A stretch of DNA of 63,412 bases, the filler included, from Octopus bimaculoides (Eukaryota): NCBI RefSeq assembly GCF_001194135.2. It is 4 parts of 4 records of this genome, joined end to end, with 100 filler letters (N's around TTAATTAATTAA, not from the genome) between each part and the next. Parts side by side here need not be neighbours in the genome. Positions count along the whole stretch, not along the records: positions 47,365 to 63,412 come from NC_068984.1; 3 more parts are not named here. One strand, 5' to 3'. The position numbers and the translations under genes are program-made. Numbering within the stretch: position 1 is the first letter of the stretch; each line of letters opens with the position of its first letter. Shown piece by piece: positions 58,783 to 63,412 of this stretch. The notes below the pieces were generated by a model that worked only from the letters and a program-made list of their open reading frames with translations, made no database searches and was not told where the DNA came from.

Positions 58783-61329
58783 TATTCTACTGTGTTGTAT
58801 CTGAAAAATGCAAATTTGGCGCGGTGACATCTTGGGATTTTCTCAGCATTCTTCTTTTCCAAGTTATCGTTACTTAACAAAATACACAAGGCTTCATCAA
58901 TGCACAAGTCACATACACCGGATGATATATTATATGGGTGTGCATTTTTATTATTGACCATTCTATTTTATATTTTTCCTCCTTTTAGTCTCCATATTAG
59001 GTCCGATTGTGATGTTGCGAGTCGCCGACTTATCATCCGGAATGAGGAGATATGGTTGCGATAACGGGCCTTGAATTGGTTTTCGGAGGCTCCTATGTAT
59101 GCGTATTTATGTTGTGGTTTGGTGATTGTGCATTTATATATGACGTTGTTTTTTTTCTTTTTGCATGCATTGGTTCATAAGCGGACATGCAGATTTCTTG
59201 CGACAGCTGCCACTATTATTATTTTTGTAGTTATTTGGTAACTTTTGTATTTGATTTTGTGATGTTCCGGTTGCTTAGCAGTGTCTGAAATGTTCTTGAT
59301 GTTATTGTCTGTTTTGCTGATTCTGTTTTGAGTTTTTGTTTGGATCCTATTATAACTGTCGGGGTCGCAATCCTTGTTTTTGCGATCTCTATTTTGTTTA
59401 TTTTCGTTATTGTTCCTATATCCTGTGTTATTATGCTCTGTTTGTTCCTTGTCTGTGGTTGTTGTTTGCATGTGTATTTTTTATTGTTGTATTTGTATAT
59501 GTACTACTCCATGTGGCGTATGATACTTTCACTGTGTGCATGTTGAAGATACGATGGTATTTATGTGTTTTAGAGAATCACCTATCTAACGCTGCAAGGA
59601 ATTGTTTACCTATCTTCGATGATATTTGCAATCCGAAAATTAGGTTATACCTTAAGACCTCGGAATTTTAATATTTTTTTGTTTGGTTCTTTTACCTATT
59701 TTGTGCGTTGTTGGCATTTTCTGCATCGTTTTTGCTATTATTGTTATTCTTTTGGGTTTTGTTTATTTTTTCCTATCTTTCCATTGTGTCTTGGGTTTGT
59801 TGTATTTTTATTGTTATGTGTTTGCTGTTTTTCATGTTGTGTGTTATCTACTTTCGGAGCGTGAGTATTAGTATTATTTAGGGCTTCCCCAGGCATGAGT
59901 TTGATTCTTTTCCTTATACGCGACCCTAGCTAGTGCTTCAGTGTTGTGAGGTGAATGTATGTTGAATATTGTCTCGGTGGCTGATAGGCGTGATATTCTG
60001 GTGGCTAAGTTCCTAACTATTCCTTTGATTATGGATGGTGGATGATTGGACTTTACATCTATGTATCTAAGACTCTCGTTCGGTTTGTGGTATGATTGAT
60101 ACATCCCTGTTTCTACGTTAGTAGCATGCAAGTAGCATCTAAGTAGCATCTAAAAAATTTGCCTTACTGTGATTACTGTCTATGGTTATAGATAGGACGA
60201 AACTTTTACATAATTTGTGTAGTTTTTTCTGTATCTTTCTATTTCTACTTTAGTAGAATTATTTATTACGAAAAGGATATCGTATAGACCTACCCCTTTA
60301 TTTGTGAGAATGAGGATTTGATATGGAATAAGATGTAAATTCCTACGATATCCATGACCTGAGTTGAGGGGCTCGAACCCATTGGTATATCGAAGGAATT
60401 CATTCTATCTGATGTTGTCCATAGTTTGTTGTCATAATCAATAATGGTTTCACGTGCTGTTGATATCATATCTACATGTAACTTAGATTGCAAGTATGAG
60501 TGCTTTATTGAGCATTATAAGGTTAATTGGAGAGTAGTAGTTATCTACATCTAATTGTATAGATTTGGAGTTTTTTGTATTTTTCTATTTTTTCAAACCG
60601 TCCTATTACCTCCTGAGTATCTGACCATAAGGAAAGTCTAATATTGATTTTGAGTTGGGGCATCATTTTATGTATGATGTATTTGCTTATAGTCCTATGT
60701 ACAATTTCGATGGACTTATTAATCTGACTTTGACTCACTATCAAAGTTATTTTTATGATCTTTAAGTTTTATCCTAGGTTTTCTTGGGACGTGTGGTTCC
60801 GTCCTATCTTCTGTTTCTAGTCTTTTTTACTATTTCATATCCTTTGTTGTTTATATTAGTTATGGTTTTGTTGGGTGTATGTTTGTATTTGCTAAGTATT
60901 TCTTTTCTAATCAAATTATTATATAGCATGATGTTTACAATATAAAGGTTACCGGTTTTGCCCGCAAGCACTAGTATTCCATTTGTATTTTTAAAAGCCT
61001 CCATTATTTTTTCCAGTTTCTGTTGGTGTTCGTTGTTTCTTGTTGGGTATTTCCTGAATTTGATGTGCTTTATTATTTTGTATAGTTCTCCTTCGAATTG
61101 TGTCAGGTGTTGATTTGCTAATGGGTTTCTCGGGGATTTATACTCTTTTTTGAGTGCATTTTTTTTTCTTCTGGGACTCCTGTGTGCTGTTTTTCTTGAC
61201 GTAGAAGGATGCTTTCCATATCATTCTTCTTATGAAGGACCTTGTGTTGGCTGATAGTTGCTTTAAGTATTCGTTCTTGGTTGGTATGGGAATGTCTTTT
61301 AGTGAGAAGCCGAGGTTTACTTTCTCCAT
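58783..61329 (-). mobile_element. Full-length but degenerate Penelope-like element (RT and GIY-YIG endonuclease)
   Basis: N-terminus NLGFSLKDIPIPTKNEYLKQL...FIRRMIWKASF; RT motifs LAGKTGNLY and FDIPMGS; thumb YHKPNESLRYIDVKSNHPPSII; endonuclease end KIEWSIIKNAHPYNISSGVCDLCIDEALCIL...CHRAKF. Confidence 0.9.
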
Positions 61330-62103
61330 CCTTTGACTCTCTATAGTACTCTAATGTAAAAAGCGACAATTATGTATATATATTTGAGAGCTTATTTGTA
61401 CATTTCAATGCACCCCTACCTCCCAGAGCTTAGATAGCCTTATTAGAAATGAGATTCATAAGAAACACAAGGGAGGCAGAAAGCAAACACATCAACACCG
61501 TGCGATTCAAAAAGACCCAGAAGGAGAATGGCGATCTATATTCTTTCACTAAACGCCAACACATCACCAGACCACCTCGCGAATTCCACACATCCAAAGA
61601 TAACATGTGTTGTGAAAATGTCACATTTTAATGAAAAATCAACTGCTGTTATCCACTATGAGATCTGTAGAGAGGGATGGGGAGATTTCTAACTAAATGC
61701 AAGCTAAGACAAAACAACAGCAACTGCTCGATCAAAAATGTAAATACATGTCTGTTGTCCAACGTAATGTAAAAAAAAAAAATCAACTGCATCAGATGCA
61801 AGGAATTCTACATGAGAAGCATCATTAAACAATTACATATACGGATAAAGGAATATTTCCATGCTAATCTGTCTTCCGTCAAAAGCATTTACTGAAATGC
61901 CCTTCTCAGGACGTCCAGGTTTCTATTGAAGCAACAGAAAGACACTTTGGGAACTTCAGAATAAAAGAGGTTCTTTTAATTAAAAAAACACACACCATTT
62001 ATTTATAATAGAACGGAGCCGATTAGTTACTATAATGACACATTCAAATACATGCACACCACAGGAGAGAGTAATCAGCGAATAACTCTTCTCTAACAAT
62101 TTC

Positions 62104-62140
62104 CTGAGGAAGAGGTCCTAACCTCGAAATATTTAGATAT
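62104..62140 (+). ncRNA. Partial hammerhead-ribozyme-like motif
   Basis: CUGAGGA A GAGGU-CCUA-ACCUC GAAA UAUUUA GAUAU. Core and 5-bp stem II intact; stems I and III imperfect. Confidence 0.3.
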
Positions 62141-63094
62141 CAGATAATACCATCAATCTGTTCTATTTCATAAATTGCTTCGGTTTTATAAAGAAGTATA
62201 ATTAAATATGCAAGCAACTACATGAAAAAATGACAGGCCACAGTTGTGCGACGAAAGTTTTGACACATCGTGTATGTTATTTAATCGTCCTCCCATGATA
62301 TCTGGTGTCATTACTGGTATATGTATGTGTGTGCGCATGAGCATATGGGCGCATATGTGTGAAATTATGTGTGTATGTACGCATTCTTTTATTATAAATA
62401 TGTTTTCGTTTGTTGTTCAGGTTTCTTCATATATTTATTTTCATAACTTTTTTTCTTCGTTTATAGGTTGCCACATTTTTTTTAGTGTTATTAAACACCC
62501 AAGCTTGTGATATTTTTTTTTAAATATAAATACGATAAGTTTACGTTTCAGTTATGTGAACAGCGCCGCTTATGAAACTCAGTGCTGTAACTGAGAATAA
62601 ATTCAGCACAATAGTACATGCAGAAACAAACAAGTAGAACATTAAACCAGTCAGCATGAAATATTGCTCTATATTCAACGAAGCGTGACTCTATGGAAAT
62701 GAGACATATATAGACACATACTTTTGAACATCCTACCNNNNNNNNNNNNNNNNNNNNNNNNNNNNNNNNNNNNNNNNNNNNNNNNNNNNNNNNNNNNNNN
62801 NNNNNNNNNNNNNNNNNNNNNNNNNNNNNNNNNNNNNNNNNNNNNNNNNNNNNNNNNNNNNNNNNNNNNNNNNNNNNNNNNNNNNNNNNNNNNNNNNNNN
62901 NNNNNNNNNNNNNNNNNNNNNNNNNNNNNNNNNNNNNNNNNNNNNNNNNNNTATATATATATATAATACCAAAAACAAGGTGATCAAAAATTAAAAAAAG
63001 CAGCACGGATTTATATATATATATATATATATATATACATACACACACACACATACACATACACGCACACACACACATATATATGTGTATATTC

Positions 63095-63378
63095 CTTTAC
63101 TTGATTCAGTCGTTTGACTGAACAATGCTGGTATACTGCCTTTAGTCGAACAAATCAACCCCAGAACTTACTGTCAAGCGATGGTGGAGGGACAAGCACA
63201 GACACACATACATATACATACATACGTACATACATACATATATGTGTGTGTACGTGTGCGACGGGATTCTTTCAGTTTCCGTCTATTAAATCCACTCACA
63301 AGGCTTTAGTCGGCCCGAGACTATAGCAGAACTATGTGGTTGGGAATCAAGCTTCTTACCACACAGCCATGCCTGCGG
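63095..63378 (-). mobile_element. Composite SINE (internally deleted A and C modules)
   Basis: TTTACTTGATTCAGTCGTTTGACTG...GGGACAAGCACAGACAC, (CATA)n, TTCTTTCAGTTTCCGTCT...CTTACCACACAGCCATGCCTGCG. Confidence 0.8.
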
Positions 63379-63412
63379 CTATGTATGTATATATATATAT
63401 ATATATATATAT

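Overview
AT-rich, microsatellite-dense, gapped eukaryotic DNA that is almost certainly an Octopus draft-genome scaffold: the one recognisable host gene is the octopus GnRH receptor, and the SINE families are octopus-type. Only the first coding exon of the receptor is present (minus strand, 1724-2215, N-terminus to TM4); its remaining exons lie beyond the left edge of the window. The rest is mostly transposon debris: an IR/DR Tc1 element with two nested MITEs, RTE, Tx1/L1, R4/Dong-like and Penelope retroelement fossils, Helitron, Helentron, piggyBac and maT fragments, and several tRNA-derived SINE families. Three identical 100-bp N44-TTAATTAATTAA-N44 spacers show that the window is four artificially joined pieces. 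The most interesting observations are: (1) a family of minimal type-I hammerhead-ribozyme-like motifs, the best at 49170-49266 (minus) with an intact catalytic core, sharing an extra unpaired base at the foot of stem II; (2) two inverted retroelement 3' ends, each encoding a tandem C2H2 zinc-finger pair; (3) a nest of R4/Dong-like elements at (TAA)n tracts; (4) a CpG-depleted domain at about 15-47 kb that suggests a methylated gene body for which I found no recognisable protein exon. There are no rRNA, true tRNA or CRISPR features. Coordinates of degenerate TE fossils are approximate (about +/-30 bp) and nothing was checked against a database.
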